Below, piece by piece: positions 27,037-36,329 of a stretch of 47,291 bases of DNA. The notes under the pieces were generated by a model, which saw only the letters and a list, made by a program, of their open reading frames with translations, was not told where the DNA came from and searched no databases. Each line of letters opens with the position of its first letter. Within the stretch, counting starts at the first letter, position 1. This DNA is from a virus. Position numbers and translations under genes: made by a program. The stretch is from positions 1 through 47,291 of the IMG/VR virus record IMGVR_UViG_3300045988_141056; one strand, 5' to 3'.

Positions 27037-27255
27037 TTACTCCTCGTCAAGCATCTTGTTTACAACTTTTTCTACCTGCTTGATTCTCTTGATAAACTGG
27101 TTAGCTGCGTCATGCAACTCCTGTCGGGCTAAATCTTTTGCACCCTCGCCCTGAAGGCACAAAGCAAAAATGCTATTAACTGTTTCTTCAAAATCTCTAC
27201 TAGCGTTATCAAACTGCTTACAGACACGCAATACTTCTTTTTCTAATTTGCTCAT
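27037..27255 (-). CDS. hypothetical protein
   Basis: 72-aa ORF. Confidence 0.4.
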   Translation of the reverse strand: MSKLEKEVLRVCKQFDNASRDFEETVNSIFALCLQGEGAKDLARQELHDAANQFIKRIKQVEKVVNKMLDEE

Positions 27256-27272
27256 ATCTCACATACCCTTCC

Positions 27273-27605
27273 TTAACTAAAATCACCATCCATAAAACGA
27301 TAGCCATCAATATCCATTTCGTATAAGCCGTCATTATAAGGCTCTCTGCCTATCTCTTGTTTTTTGGCGACCATCTCCCAAAAGTCTTTATGGCTTACTC
27401 TCTCACCGCACTCGTTATAAATTAGCCTGTTTTTTAGCCACTGCCTCATACTGCTGACATCTTTGTAGTATTCACCGCCATTGAAGGCGAACAGAAAACG
27501 CCAGCCAGCACTAGATTTGCCGAGATGAACTCCATTCTTACAGAGGTGCTCTTCACCACAGTTATAGCACTCTACCATGCCTTCAGTATAATAATTCATT
27601 CCCAC
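27273..27605 (-). CDS. hypothetical Cys-containing protein (GTG start)
   Basis: 110-aa ORF with an AAGGAGG RBS. Confidence 0.45.
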   Translation of the reverse strand: MGMNYYTEGMVECYNCGEEHLCKNGVHLGKSSAGWRFLFAFNGGEYYKDVSSMRQWLKNRLIYNECGERVSHKDFWEMVAKKQEIGREPYNDGLYEMDIDGYRFMDGDFS

Positions 27606-28337
27606 TTTTCGCCTCCTTCTTTAGTATTGAGTATTTGCACATCTTACACAGTGCAATCTCGCAGAAAAGCACTGTATTATTCAACCGCATAACTGGTACT
27701 GGCAAGAGCGGTGGATACTTTAAGGCTGCTTCTTTTAATTCCTGACGGTCAAGCTAACACTTTGGTACGCAACCTCGCACGCAGAGCTGTCTCGTTACGG
27801 CAGATGCTTCAACTATTGCCAGTATCGGCTATATAAGATGATGATTTGCCGAGTTTTAATTTCCTCGAATGTGAGGGAATTAGGTTTCGTAAAGTCACAT
27901 CACACGCCACGTCGCTTTGCTTTAAGTCGGATTTGGAACTCCCGTCACCGCACATTCCACATTCTGCCTCAAATGCGCTTTTTGAGGGCTTACCGTCGGG
28001 TATAGCGTCTACTATTCCGCCACTTATATAGCCAGTTGATAGCACCAAGCGCAGCGTATCGTAATACAATGAGGTAACGTTATTCATTGTACTGTAATAC
28101 ATTGGTGCTACCAGTTGAACAGATGATACACGTTGCACTGCGTTGAGAATATTAAAGAACCGACTCACAACGTTTCACGATTTGTTTTCTGTTTATACGC
28201 TGGGTGGGCTAGCTCATAAACAGCGAAGTCTCCCTGTGCATATCACCTGTCCAGTTATACGGTTGAAAATGTTAATGTTCTATTGGGTACGTTTCGTACC
28301 CGTTTGAGCAGTTTAACGACTTGCTCAGGTCAACTAG
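27606..28337 (-). ncRNA. candidate large structured non-coding RNA, or an otherwise unexplained GC-rich non-coding island
   Basis: About 730 nt with no credible ORF. The only ORF is 119 aa with a GTG start and no RBS. GC is visibly higher than in the flanking sequence. Several local hairpins are present, for example gggtacg-ttt-cgtaccc at 28287..28303 and gcctcaaa...tttgagggc at 27966..27989. It is transcribed downstream of promoter P5. Confidence 0.3.
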
Positions 28338-28520
28338 CTAATCTTCTGGATTTTCCAAATCTTCTTCTGCCTCTTCTCTGGTAAGATACACATTGCCTTC
28401 TCTGAGGGCTGCGTTGTCATTCATTGTATCATACCAAGTCCAGGATAAAATTATCTTACGGTCTTCTGAGAGAGAAAAGTATTGTTGACCGATTTCTGGT
28501 TTAGTTGCTTGATTGTTCAT
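28338..28520 (-). CDS. hypothetical acidic protein (first gene after P5)
   Basis: 60-aa ORF with the conserved leader. Confidence 0.45.
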   Translation of the reverse strand: MNNQATKPEIGQQYFSLSEDRKIILSWTWYDTMNDNAALREGNVYLTREEAEEDLENPED

Positions 28521-28554
28521 AGGGTTCGCCTCCTAGTTAATTATTTATATTATT

Positions 28555-28583
28555 ATTGTAGCAAACCTTACTAGAATTGTCAA
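28555..28583 (-). promoter_or_regulatory. sigma-70-like promoter P5 (TTGACA, 17 nt spacer, TACAAT) with the conserved cassette
   Basis: -10 at 28555..28560 and -35 at 28578..28583. CGTAAACTCTTGACA, with an upstream T-tract. Confidence 0.65.
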
Positions 28584-28613
28584 GAGTTTACGAGAAAAAA
28601 GTCTACAATTTTT

Positions 28614-28844
28614 CTAGTCGTCTAAATCCAGCAAATTGTCTACGTCTTCCTTGCTCATCTCATCTACCGCTTGCTGGACAACACCCTTGGCTAGTTTCTT
28701 CTCAACGATTCGCAATGTCTTGATAAGAGCACGAACTCCACTAATATCCAATTCCATTTCATCACTTTTGATAGAACTAGAGTAGCCTTCTTTGACCTTA
28801 AATAATGTAATTGTAATTTTTCCTACTTGCTCTTCTTTACTCAC
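28614..28844 (-). CDS. hypothetical acidic protein
   Basis: 76-aa ORF. Confidence 0.4.
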   Translation of the reverse strand: MSKEEQVGKITITLFKVKEGYSSSIKSDEMELDISGVRALIKTLRIVEKKLAKGVVQQAVDEMSKEDVDNLLDLDD

Positions 28845-28857
28845 TTCTTTTCTCCTT

Positions 28858-29067
28858 CTAATTTACTGATTTTATTGCGATAGCTTTTCCACGACGGCTA
28901 ATACGTCCACCTTTTGCACCAGCCTTTCTAGCTAGTTCACGGTTTGCGTAAAAACCACCTTTGGTACTTCTCTTGCCACCAATAGCCCCAATCTCTCTAT
29001 AAAAATTAGGGTTGTTAGCTAAGTTAGCCTTAGCTGCCTTCCTTCCGCCTTCTACAGTCCCTGCCAT
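28858..29067 (-). CDS. KGG-repeat stress-protein-like small protein
   Basis: The motifs GGKRSTKGGF and AGAKGGR resemble the KGG stress-induced repeat. Start at the ATG at 29067, which overlaps the upstream stop (TAATG). Confidence 0.45.
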   Translation of the reverse strand: MAGTVEGGRKAAKANLANNPNFYREIGAIGGKRSTKGGFYANRELARKAGAKGGRISRRGKAIAIKSVN

Positions 29068-29516
29068 TACGCCTCCAATCTTATGACATTTAGGATTGAT
29101 ATCGAAATACACGCAATCGCTACAAGGACGATTACAACAATTACCCACGCTGGTATCGGAAACTTCTTTGATGAATCGTAGAAGTGCCTACGAAACAGCT
29201 TGGTATTCTCGTACTTCAACTGCAAGTCATCCAGCACGGATTTCTTGTAGTTATTGCGATGCTCAGCCAGCCACTGGTTGACTACGTTTTCGGTGCAAAT
29301 ACCTATCTTATCTGGGCGACCAGGCTGCACTTTCACATAGTTAGTAGTGAGATGACCAAGCTCTTCGCGTTTTAGTAGCTCATAAGCTGAAAACTCTTCC
29401 AGGGCAATCCTGTAAGCTGTCCTCGGGCTTTTGGCTTCTATCAATCGGGTGAAGTTTCCGTTGCTATATTGCAACTTATACTTCCTCGATGAATCTTTAT
29501 TTTTATTGAATAACAT
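29067..29516 (-). CDS. hypothetical protein with a C-terminal TM anchor (first gene after P4)
   Basis: 149-aa ORF with a hydrophobic C-terminus. Confidence 0.45.
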   Translation of the reverse strand: MLFNKNKDSSRKYKLQYSNGNFTRLIEAKSPRTAYRIALEEFSAYELLKREELGHLTTNYVKVQPGRPDKIGICTENVVNQWLAEHRNNYKKSVLDDLQLKYENTKLFRRHFYDSSKKFPIPAWVIVVIVLVAIACISISILNVIRLEA

Positions 29517-29562
29517 TTTGCTCGGGTTTCGCCTCCTTTAAGCTTAAAATTGTTATGTTATT

Positions 29563-29591
29563 AGTATAGCAAATGTTACTAGAATGTGCAA
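29563..29591 (-). promoter_or_regulatory. sigma-70-like promoter P4 (TTGCAC, 17 nt spacer, TATACT) with the conserved cassette
   Basis: -10 at 29563..29568 and -35 at 29586..29591. TAGTAAACTCTTGCAC. A small hairpin (gtagca/tgctac, 29612..29628) lies just upstream. Confidence 0.6.
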
Positions 29592-29707
29592 GAGTTTACT
29601 ATAAAAATATCGTAGCAATTTCTGCTACGGTACATACTACTTTAAGGCGGTACAAGGCGGAGGCGAATCCCTGCAATGCAGTCTAAAGATAGAACCTTGC
29701 ACCATGT

Positions 29708-30244
29708 CTATAATAACACAATATTGTCGTTCTCTCTACTGTTTTCTTCGGTTATTTTCTGCAAATAGTCCAATTTCTTCTTCACATTTTCAGGCAAGCT
29801 GGCTCTGTCGATTTTTTCGTACCATTTATCACCGCCGACTAGCGACAGCAACCGCCACTGCAAGTCTTTGTGTCTGTGAGCTATTTCATGATGAGCATAT
29901 CTGCATAGCGTAATCAAGTTCCAGTCTTCATCCACGCCCCCTTCTGACAAATACAAGATGTGATGTGAATCTAGGAACGGGCTGCACTTGTGCGGAATAA
30001 CTCCAGCTAGCATACACTTATACAAATCACGCTTCTTGGTTCTGGCTTTAGCCTTGACCCGACGCACAGGCTCTTTGGTCTGCAAAGCTTTACGATAAAT
30101 CCTACCGTTACGCTGCTTGTGCGTTTTCTGCTTCTCAGCTGCCATTGCACACTTCAAAGAGCAATACTTGTCTATCGAACGATACAACACAAACTCAGTT
30201 TTACACAACGCACACTTCTTAGTCTTTACCACCTCTTTTTTCAT
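29708..30244 (-). CDS. HNH endonuclease
   Basis: HNH motif HHILYLSEGGVDEDWNLITLCRYAHHEIAH, preceded by Cys pairs (CALC ... CSLKC). Start at 30244 with an AGGAGGGG RBS. Confidence 0.7.
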   Translation of the reverse strand: MKKEVVKTKKCALCKTEFVLYRSIDKYCSLKCAMAAEKQKTHKQRNGRIYRKALQTKEPVRRVKAKARTKKRDLYKCMLAGVIPHKCSPFLDSHHILYLSEGGVDEDWNLITLCRYAHHEIAHRHKDLQWRLLSLVGGDKWYEKIDRASLPENVKKKLDYLQKITEENSRENDNIVLL

Positions 30245-30252
30245 AACCCCTC

Positions 30253-30786
30253 CTATCTTAAATACAAACGATACTTTCCATTCAAATACATAGACCAAGC
30301 TCGGTAGCCCTGGCTCTTCCATATTCTATAGCCACAATCGATGTTCACCTCTGGGTCGTGAGAATCGCAAGCCTCACGACCCTCGAGTATTCTCACTTGC
30401 AACAACGAAACCGAATAGCCATAGGTACGACCGTTCTGCTGATAGGTCAAGTCTGTATCACCAGTAATTGTAGACTGACACTTCACGCCCGTTATCGGAT
30501 TACTGCTTTCAGCTTCCATAATAGCCATCATAGTACGAACGTCCCAATCATATTTAGCTATCAACGGTCGGTATTGTTCACAGCCTCCTTCTACTGAATA
30601 TTTAGGAGCTGGGGCTGTTTTTGGCGGTGCAGGCTGCTCTTTAGCTTCGGCTTTGGTAGTGATTACATCTGCGACCTTTTCAGCCACTACAGGAGCTTCT
30701 ACGCGGGCTTTTGGCTCTGGCGGTACAGACAACACCGTAACCGCCACAAAGCCAATCGCTACTAAAACTGGTGCAAACTTCTTCAT
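30253..30786 (-). CDS. secreted protein, possibly lysozyme or transglycosylase-like
   Basis: Signal peptide plus a Pro/Ala-rich linker. The MAIMEAESSNP segment weakly resembles the SLT catalytic region. Confidence 0.4.
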   Translation of the reverse strand: MKKFAPVLVAIGFVAVTVLSVPPEPKARVEAPVVAEKVADVITTKAEAKEQPAPPKTAPAPKYSVEGGCEQYRPLIAKYDWDVRTMMAIMEAESSNPITGVKCQSTITGDTDLTYQQNGRTYGYSVSLLQVRILEGREACDSHDPEVNIDCGYRIWKSQGYRAWSMYLNGKYRLYLR

Positions 30787-30801
30787 AAATCAACCTCCTG
30801 G

Positions 30802-31032
30802 TTATTTCGATAGCTTGTTCAAAACTTTTGATGTCAGCAAAATTACCAGACACACAGCAATCGCTATGCAGAGCTTTGAGTCACCGAGCAATGCAATAAT
30901 ACCGTACACTGCGAATGCTGCAAGTGCGGTCAATGACACTAATGCGGTAAAAATTGAATTGAAAAGAGCGTTGTTCAACTTGACGTACCAAGCTTTATCA
31001 CTTTTATTTGTCTGTTTATTTTTTACAATCAT
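30802..31032 (-). CDS. small membrane protein
   Basis: About 76 aa with two TM helices and an AAAGGAGAAAAT RBS before the ATG at 31032. Confidence 0.35.
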   Translation of the reverse strand: MIVKNKQTNKSDKAWYVKLNNALFNSIFTALVSLTALAAFAVYGIIALLGDSKLCIAIAVCLVILLTSKVLNKLSK

Positions 31033-31102
31033 ATTTTCTCCTTTGTTTATTTTAATTGATTGTATCTTTATCTTATCACAATCTGTCTCGTTTGTCAATA
31101 GT

Positions 31103-31576
31103 TTAGTTATCATTATCCCAGCGAGTATACCTGTCTGCCTCTTTTTGAGCGTCCAACTGTTTCTCAACAATAGTGGCTGCTTTTCTGACCGCAATAAACA
31201 AATCATCAGCATAACCAAACTGCAATTTAGCAAACTCATAATCACCCGTGGCTTCAACGACAGCGACCTCAGCTTCAATAACCTTCTTGTCATTCATGGC
31301 GTAGGCTTTACGGTCATCAGCACTGGACAGATTCAAACTATCCTTATAGGTATTTGCCTCTATATGAGCGGTAGCCATTGCTCTCTTAAGCTCAAACTTC
31401 TTTTCATCAAGGATTTTTCCCTTCTCGATGACTTCAGCTCCGTAAACATATTTTGTTTTCGGAAGTGAGGCTAGCAACCTTAGGATTTCTACTTCTGTAT
31501 ATTGCCGCAAGCTGCTGGTATCTAATTTCTCAGCAAGCTCGATATCTGGCAAACTAATTTTACTATTCTTTGGCAT
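31103..31576 (-). CDS. hypothetical protein (Gp157-like size and position)
   Basis: 157-aa ORF. Confidence 0.4.
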   Translation of the reverse strand: MPKNSKISLPDIELAEKLDTSSLRQYTEVEILRLLASLPKTKYVYGAEVIEKGKILDEKKFELKRAMATAHIEANTYKDSLNLSSADDRKAYAMNDKKVIEAEVAVVEATGDYEFAKLQFGYADDLFIAVRKAATIVEKQLDAQKEADRYTRWDNDN

Positions 31577-31607
31577 AGGATTCGCCCCCTTTCTATCCTA
31601 CCTTAAA

Positions 31608-32087
31608 CTAATCTTCTTTTCGCAGCACAGCCACTGGGTACACACGAGTTGCACCGTCATAGCCGACAACATCAACAGTACCATCACCCACTCCGCGGAC
31701 AGTACCAACCAAACGGTCACCGTGGACACCCTTGAAAGGATACGATACACGGTCGCCAACTTGCAGCTCAGCTTCATCCTCAGTCTCAAACGGTTGAGTG
31801 GCTGGGTCTGCTGGCTCTTCTGGTTCTGGCTGACCTACGGCTGGGTCATAGCTAGCGTCCTGAGCAGCACCTTCTAGGACTTCCTCTTCCAGAGATGCAC
31901 CACCAGCGGTCTTTGAGGCGATAAACTCCCCAAGCTGTTCTGGCGTGACTTTTGGCGAAAGCTCAGTAGCCAAAGCCTCCTTAGTTTTGTATACCTCGGT
32001 GTCTGCTGCATTCTCAATGCCATGAGACAAAGCAAACTCATTCAAATCACTTCGATTGAGCTGCTTCAAGTCTTCTACACTTGCCAT
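31608..32087 (-). CDS. hypothetical acidic protein with an N-terminal SAP/Rho-N-like helix
   Basis: 159-aa ORF with the N-terminal motif LKQLNRSDLNEFALSHGI. Confidence 0.4.
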   Translation of the reverse strand: MASVEDLKQLNRSDLNEFALSHGIENAADTEVYKTKEALATELSPKVTPEQLGEFIASKTAGGASLEEEVLEGAAQDASYDPAVGQPEPEEPADPATQPFETEDEAELQVGDRVSYPFKGVHGDRLVGTVRGVGDGTVDVVGYDGATRVYPVAVLRKED

Positions 32088-32181
32088 TCTAGCCTCCTTA
32101 TTAGCTTTAGTTTACATACTAATTATATCAATAAGTTAAGAAAATAGCTCGGTTTATGTGCCGAGCTACTCCCTACTAGAG

Positions 32182-32835
32182 CTAGTAAATGGACTCTTCT
32201 TCTCGAACGGTCACACCCTCGATAGCAATTGGTGCGATTCCTTGAGCTTTATTGCCGAGAGCATCTTTGCGGATTTCTACAGTTAAGACATCACGAACCT
32301 TCTCCCGTGTTAGCAACTCAGCCAAATACTTCTTATCCAGCTTCTCCCAATCAATCTCGACAACCTTTCGAGTGGTGGTTGTAATTCCAGCACCAGCATT
32401 ATCTGGCGTTTCAATTTTCTCGATATTACGCAAAATGGTTTCTGGATTCTTGATAGTGCCACGTTCAATTTTCTCTTCAAGCTTGCGTTGCTTCTCGGCT
32501 GCAATTCGGTCTTGCTCACGTTTGAAGTCGCCCATCACAGTGAGCAGATTTCGCTTAGCAGTAGCTACCTTTTCTTCGGTTGGCTTAAATAAAGCACGGG
32601 CTGCCTTGAGGGCTTCGTTCAATGGTTTGGTGATAGCCTCCTTGCCAGCCTTGACAGCTTTTTCCGCTGCTTTAATGTCGGTTAAAATCGCACCTGCTGC
32701 GACATACTGCTCGTTAGTTTCAATCTTAAGCTCAGTTACAGCCTGCACAACTGGAGCAATCTGTGCCTCCACCTGCTTGACTCTTGCTTCACTTGTTAAT
32801 GCGTTAATGTCTGCCATTTCAATACTCCTTTTCAA
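32182..32835 (-). CDS. hypothetical coiled-coil protein
   Basis: 217-aa ORF. Confidence 0.45.
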   Translation of the reverse strand: MKRSIEMADINALTSEARVKQVEAQIAPVVQAVTELKIETNEQYVAAGAILTDIKAAEKAVKAGKEAITKPLNEALKAARALFKPTEEKVATAKRNLLTVMGDFKREQDRIAAEKQRKLEEKIERGTIKNPETILRNIEKIETPDNAGAGITTTTRKVVEIDWEKLDKKYLAELLTREKVRDVLTVEIRKDALGNKAQGIAPIAIEGVTVREEESIY

Positions 32836-33076
32836 TGACTAAGTTGAATGTTTCATTTGTTAGCGGTCGCACCGCTTGGCGAACCAACTCTGTCTTAATG
32901 GTCGAAATCTCTCTGATTCCGTTATCTTGAACCAATAGCTTGACATCCTTGCTAACATATTCATCTGTACTTACTAGCATAAAGCTATACACAGTGCCAC
33001 TGATGTCAATTATTGTTACCACGTACAAATTGAGTTCGTCCATATCTTTATGCCATCGCTGCAATCCTACGACCAC
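32819..33076 (-). CDS. hypothetical protein
   Basis: 85-aa ORF. Confidence 0.4.
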   Translation of the reverse strand: MVVGLQRWHKDMDELNLYVVTIIDISGTVYSFMLVSTDEYVSKDVKLLVQDNGIREISTIKTELVRQAVRPLTNETFNLVIEKEY

Positions 33077-33096
33077 AGCGACGACTACCTATTGTT

Positions 33097-33546
33097 CTAT
33101 TTAATTTGGCTCAACTCCTTTCTTGAGGTTATTTCCCAATCATATTCATCACTCTCTTGCTGGTAAATCTCTCGTAACAAATGCTTACGCATAGCAAGGA
33201 TAATCTCGCGGGCTTCAGATTGCGAAAAGCCTTCGCTTTCGCATGACTGATATTCAAGGCAATCCAAAGCTTTTGCGATTTCACCTGCACTGTAGGCTCG
33301 GTGAACTTCTGGGAAAAACTGGAACTTGTACTCCTTCAGCTCAATCTTCTCATTGTATCGATTGGCAACACTTTGAGCATTTTCGTTCCAAAGTATTTTT
33401 GCCAAAGCGTCAGCTGAGGCATCTTCAAGACCGATAGCCTTCCACTGACCGTTTACCTTAACATGCAATTTATTATCAGTTACTGGTGTTATGAAATAAC
33501 TCACAATCGTATTGATGTGGTTCTCGTTTACTAGAAATACACTCAT
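33097..33546 (-). CDS. hypothetical protein (first gene after P3)
   Basis: 149-aa ORF with the conserved leader. Confidence 0.5.
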   Translation of the reverse strand: MSVFLVNENHINTIVSYFITPVTDNKLHVKVNGQWKAIGLEDASADALAKILWNENAQSVANRYNEKIELKEYKFQFFPEVHRAYSAGEIAKALDCLEYQSCESEGFSQSEAREIILAMRKHLLREIYQQESDEYDWEITSRKELSQIK

Positions 33547-33584
33547 GGATTCGCCTCCTTTGATTGATTTAATTTGATATTATC

Positions 33585-33613
33585 ATTGTATCAAAGTGGA
33601 CAAGAGTTGTCAA
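33585..33613 (-). promoter_or_regulatory. sigma-70-like promoter P3 (TTGACA, 17 nt spacer, TACAAT) with the conserved cassette
   Basis: -10 at 33585..33590 and -35 at 33608..33613. The sequence is nearly identical to P1 over about 90 nt. Confidence 0.65.
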
Positions 33614-33640
33614 GAGTTTACGAGAAAAAAGCAAAAGATT

Positions 33641-33970
33641 TTACCTATTATCCCCAGAGCCACTCAAGACGTTACGTTTCTTTCTGTCTTGCAACTTCTC
33701 TACGTTCATGCGGGCTACGTCATCAAACTCAATACCTAAATAATCAGCAAAGACCGCCATATACCATAAAATATCGCCAAGCTCTTTTTGCAGCTCGGTG
33801 GCTTTTTCTGGCGTGATAACTGCGTTGTTGTCACGGACTACTTTCTTGAGCTTTTCCATCACCTCACCAGTCTCGCCAGCCAATCCCAGAGCCAAATGAT
33901 AAATCTCATTCGGACTGTCGTGATTGATTGCCGTGGTCAAAGCTAACTTCTGATATTCGTTAAAGTTCAT
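33641..33970 (-). CDS. MazG-like nucleotide pyrophosphohydrolase
   Basis: The pattern GLAGETGEVMEKLKK ... ELGDILWYMAVFADYLGI is the typical MazG/NTP-PPase EExxE/D helix pattern. Confidence 0.7.
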   Translation of the reverse strand: MNFNEYQKLALTTAINHDSPNEIYHLALGLAGETGEVMEKLKKVVRDNNAVITPEKATELQKELGDILWYMAVFADYLGIEFDDVARMNVEKLQDRKKRNVLSGSGDNR

Positions 33971-34239
33971 TTGTTACCTCCTGTTCTAAATAAATCTATA
34001 CCTGCTTCAATTATAGCTGCTTCTGCGTATCTTGTAACCGTCGGCAGAGACAATTCCATAAATGGCTTAAAGCCATGAATATCAACTGCCTGTAGTCGTT
34101 TTACGACCTCTTCAACCATATCGGCTGGATTACTTGGCAAATCATCAAGCGACAGGGCATACTTATCGACTATGGTTTGACGCAAAACTATCTTTCCATT
34201 CTTGTACGAAACAGACCAATCTCCGACTTTAGTACTCAC
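33967..34239 (-). CDS. hypothetical protein
   Basis: 90-aa ORF. Confidence 0.4.
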   Translation of the reverse strand: MSTKVGDWSVSYKNGKIVLRQTIVDKYALSLDDLPSNPADMVEEVVKRLQAVDIHGFKPFMELSLPTVTRYAEAAIIEAGIDLFRTGGNK

Positions 34240-34532
34240 ACCTTATTCCTTTTTCTTTGCTGTGCATAAGTAGCAGCAACCATAATGTTTGTGACACCTG
34301 GTATTTCTTCGCCAATAACTACGTTGCCATGAGCGACCTTCTGCTCGTTAATAAATGCTAATAATCTCTCGGCACAATCATAAACTTCTGAGTTCTGTTC
34401 TCGGATTGTATCCTCGGCATCTTGTCCAGAAAAGACACCAGCTGTCATAATAGCACCAGAAACTGTAACTAGACCCTTAAGCTCTTTGAGCAAATAACGA
34501 TAAACCTGTTTATTCGTCAACGGCTTTTTCAT
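34236..34532 (-). CDS. hypothetical protein
   Basis: 98-aa ORF. Confidence 0.4.
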   Translation of the reverse strand: MKKPLTNKQVYRYLLKELKGLVTVSGAIMTAGVFSGQDAEDTIREQNSEVYDCAERLLAFINEQKVAHGNVVIGEEIPGVTNIMVAATYAQQRKRNKV

Positions 34533-34746
34533 TCTCAGCCTCCTTCATGTCTTTAATTGCAGCCTCATATCCAACAGCCACACCTTTAGTAAAACCTTTG
34601 CCAAACGCTTCATTCAATAACATCGTGATGAGACCTTTGGCTTTGGTGATTTCACCACCGACCTCTCGCTTATCTCCTCGATTAGCCATGGCTTCATGTT
34701 CCCTACCAAGCAAATACTGAGCAAACAAAATGTCTTCAAGTTTCAT
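34510..34746 (-). CDS. hypothetical protein
   Basis: 78-aa ORF. Confidence 0.4.
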   Translation of the reverse strand: MKLEDILFAQYLLGREHEAMANRGDKREVGGEITKAKGLITMLLNEAFGKGFTKGVAVGYEAAIKDMKEAENEKAVDE

Positions 34747-35363
34747 TTTTTGCCTCCTTTCAAGACGTTAATCGCAACTACCAATCGCTCACATCTGTCC
34801 TTGAGCCACTCGTTTCTAAACTTCAGCAAATCTTGAATCGTGATTTCTTTTTGCATTTGGCAATATCCTAGTGGCTTCTCTCGTTTTGCGTCCCAGATTT
34901 CACCAAGATACAAAGCACCCTTCACTGAAAAACCTTTATTCATGAGCTGCAAAGCATACATCAGGTGCTGACGAGAGTTTTTGTACTTGTTGATGTCTTC
35001 AGCCCTGGTGCAGGTCTTGTAGTCAACAACCATTTCAATATCTGGAGCATAGCCATCAGTTCGGCTATGCACGACAACTCCTGGAAAAACCTCCATCTCA
35101 AACTCACGTTCAATACAACGCAGAGATAGCTCCACATCAAGCTCACGGAAACATTCTGGAGTGCGTCCAGTCTCTAGCGACTCTTCGGCAAACATCTCAT
35201 GACGGACTCTACCAAAACTGGTAACTGAACCATTGAATCGCTGCCTACCACAGAGCATTTCTTCAGCGACAGTCAATACCTGACCTTCGGTACAACGGAC
35301 TAAATCAGTGTAGCGTGTGTGGATTTTTCCATCGTTATGGTTGTAGTCGTAGCCTTCCATCAC
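34743..35363 (-). CDS. PD-(D/E)XK nuclease (RecB/YqaJ-like recombination exonuclease)
   Basis: Motifs D ... IEMVVDYKT ... QHLMYALQL match D-EYK plus QxxxY. Located immediately downstream of the RecT-like gene. Confidence 0.6.
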   Translation of the reverse strand: MMEGYDYNHNDGKIHTRYTDLVRCTEGQVLTVAEEMLCGRQRFNGSVTSFGRVRHEMFAEESLETGRTPECFRELDVELSLRCIEREFEMEVFPGVVVHSRTDGYAPDIEMVVDYKTCTRAEDINKYKNSRQHLMYALQLMNKGFSVKGALYLGEIWDAKREKPLGYCQMQKEITIQDLLKFRNEWLKDRCERLVVAINVLKGGKK

Positions 35364-36259
35364 TTCGCCTCCACCGTTTCTGCTTCAAACACTCCGCCGT
35401 TCAACCGCCTCTTAGCCAGCTCTTCAGCAATACGATTTTTCATCTCATCTCCACTATGGTCGATATTTTCTTCTGGCGAAACTGTCTGTAAATGCTCAAT
35501 CTCTTGAGAGACGTACAGACCGCCAGTGTCCTCAGGGAACATACGGCGGATAGCAAGAGCCTGTGCACATTTTTCAAGCTGCCCACGAGGTCGCCTGCTC
35601 CACGTACTGTTGATTCTCTTCTTCCCAGTTTTGTTTCCGTCCTCATCGTAAACATCAACTAGCGGGACGTACTCATCAAACCACACAGTAGCTGTAGTTA
35701 CAATCTCTCGCTCTCCAGTGACTGGATTATAGCCGAACATATCAACAACAGCCTTCTTTGGATAGCCAGGATATTTTCCATCCTCCTCGTAGTCCTCAAA
35801 CCTAGTCTCACTAAATCCAGCAAACTTGTTAGTTCTTTGAGCTATTGCGACGTAGCCGTTAATTCCTGTAACAGGAACGAGCTTCTCGCCCTTAATTGAG
35901 CTGTCGTAAATGTAAACTGCATGAATCTGACCGCGAAATGGGTTCAGATTGCGTTGCACTGCCTCCACAAAAAACAACCGCAAATCCTCGACTGGTCGCT
36001 CCTCACCTTTTTTGGTCAATCCTAAAATATTGCGGTGAATCGTTCTCATCAGCTCCACCTTGTCTGAACCAATCGCCCACGTGTCGGGAATGGACTCAGC
36101 TAAAGCAGCCAGCTTTGCATTAGTTTCTTCGACCTTTTGCTTGGCAGCGAGCGTTCTCCTGCGACGTTCTATTGCCACAGCCTTCCTATCCTCGCTAGCA
36201 GACCTTGTAGTTTTTTTGACCGCCTTGACCACGGCTTTCGTTTGACTTTTTCTAGCCAT
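35360..36259 (-). CDS. recT: RecT-family single-strand annealing protein
   Basis: NLNPFRGQIHAVYIYD ... VTGINGYVAIAQRT is the RecT core. The gene is paired with a nuclease. Confidence 0.65.
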   Translation of the reverse strand: MARKSQTKAVVKAVKKTTRSASEDRKAVAIERRRRTLAAKQKVEETNAKLAALAESIPDTWAIGSDKVELMRTIHRNILGLTKKGEERPVEDLRLFFVEAVQRNLNPFRGQIHAVYIYDSSIKGEKLVPVTGINGYVAIAQRTNKFAGFSETRFEDYEEDGKYPGYPKKAVVDMFGYNPVTGEREIVTTATVWFDEYVPLVDVYDEDGNKTGKKRINSTWSRRPRGQLEKCAQALAIRRMFPEDTGGLYVSQEIEHLQTVSPEENIDHSGDEMKNRIAEELAKRRLNGGVFEAETVEAK

Positions 36260-36329
36260 TTTGTTCCTTTCTGAGCGTCCGCTGCACCGATTTCTATCTA
36301 AGATGGTGGGGCTTAACCGCTCTTACTTC

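Noticed and set aside
27809-28168. 119-aa minus-strand ORF inside the non-coding island
   Set aside because: GTG start with no ribosome-binding site, while every real gene here has AAGGAGG. I treat the region as non-coding.
30653-31468. 271-aa plus-strand ORF
   Set aside because: Low-complexity Ile/Phe/Ser-rich shadow frame. It is fully covered by three minus-strand genes that have ribosome-binding sites, and no other gene in the genome is on the plus strand.
32252-32842. 196-aa plus-strand ORF
   Set aside because: Antisense shadow of the 217-aa coiled-coil gene. Ser/Ala-rich, with no ribosome-binding site.
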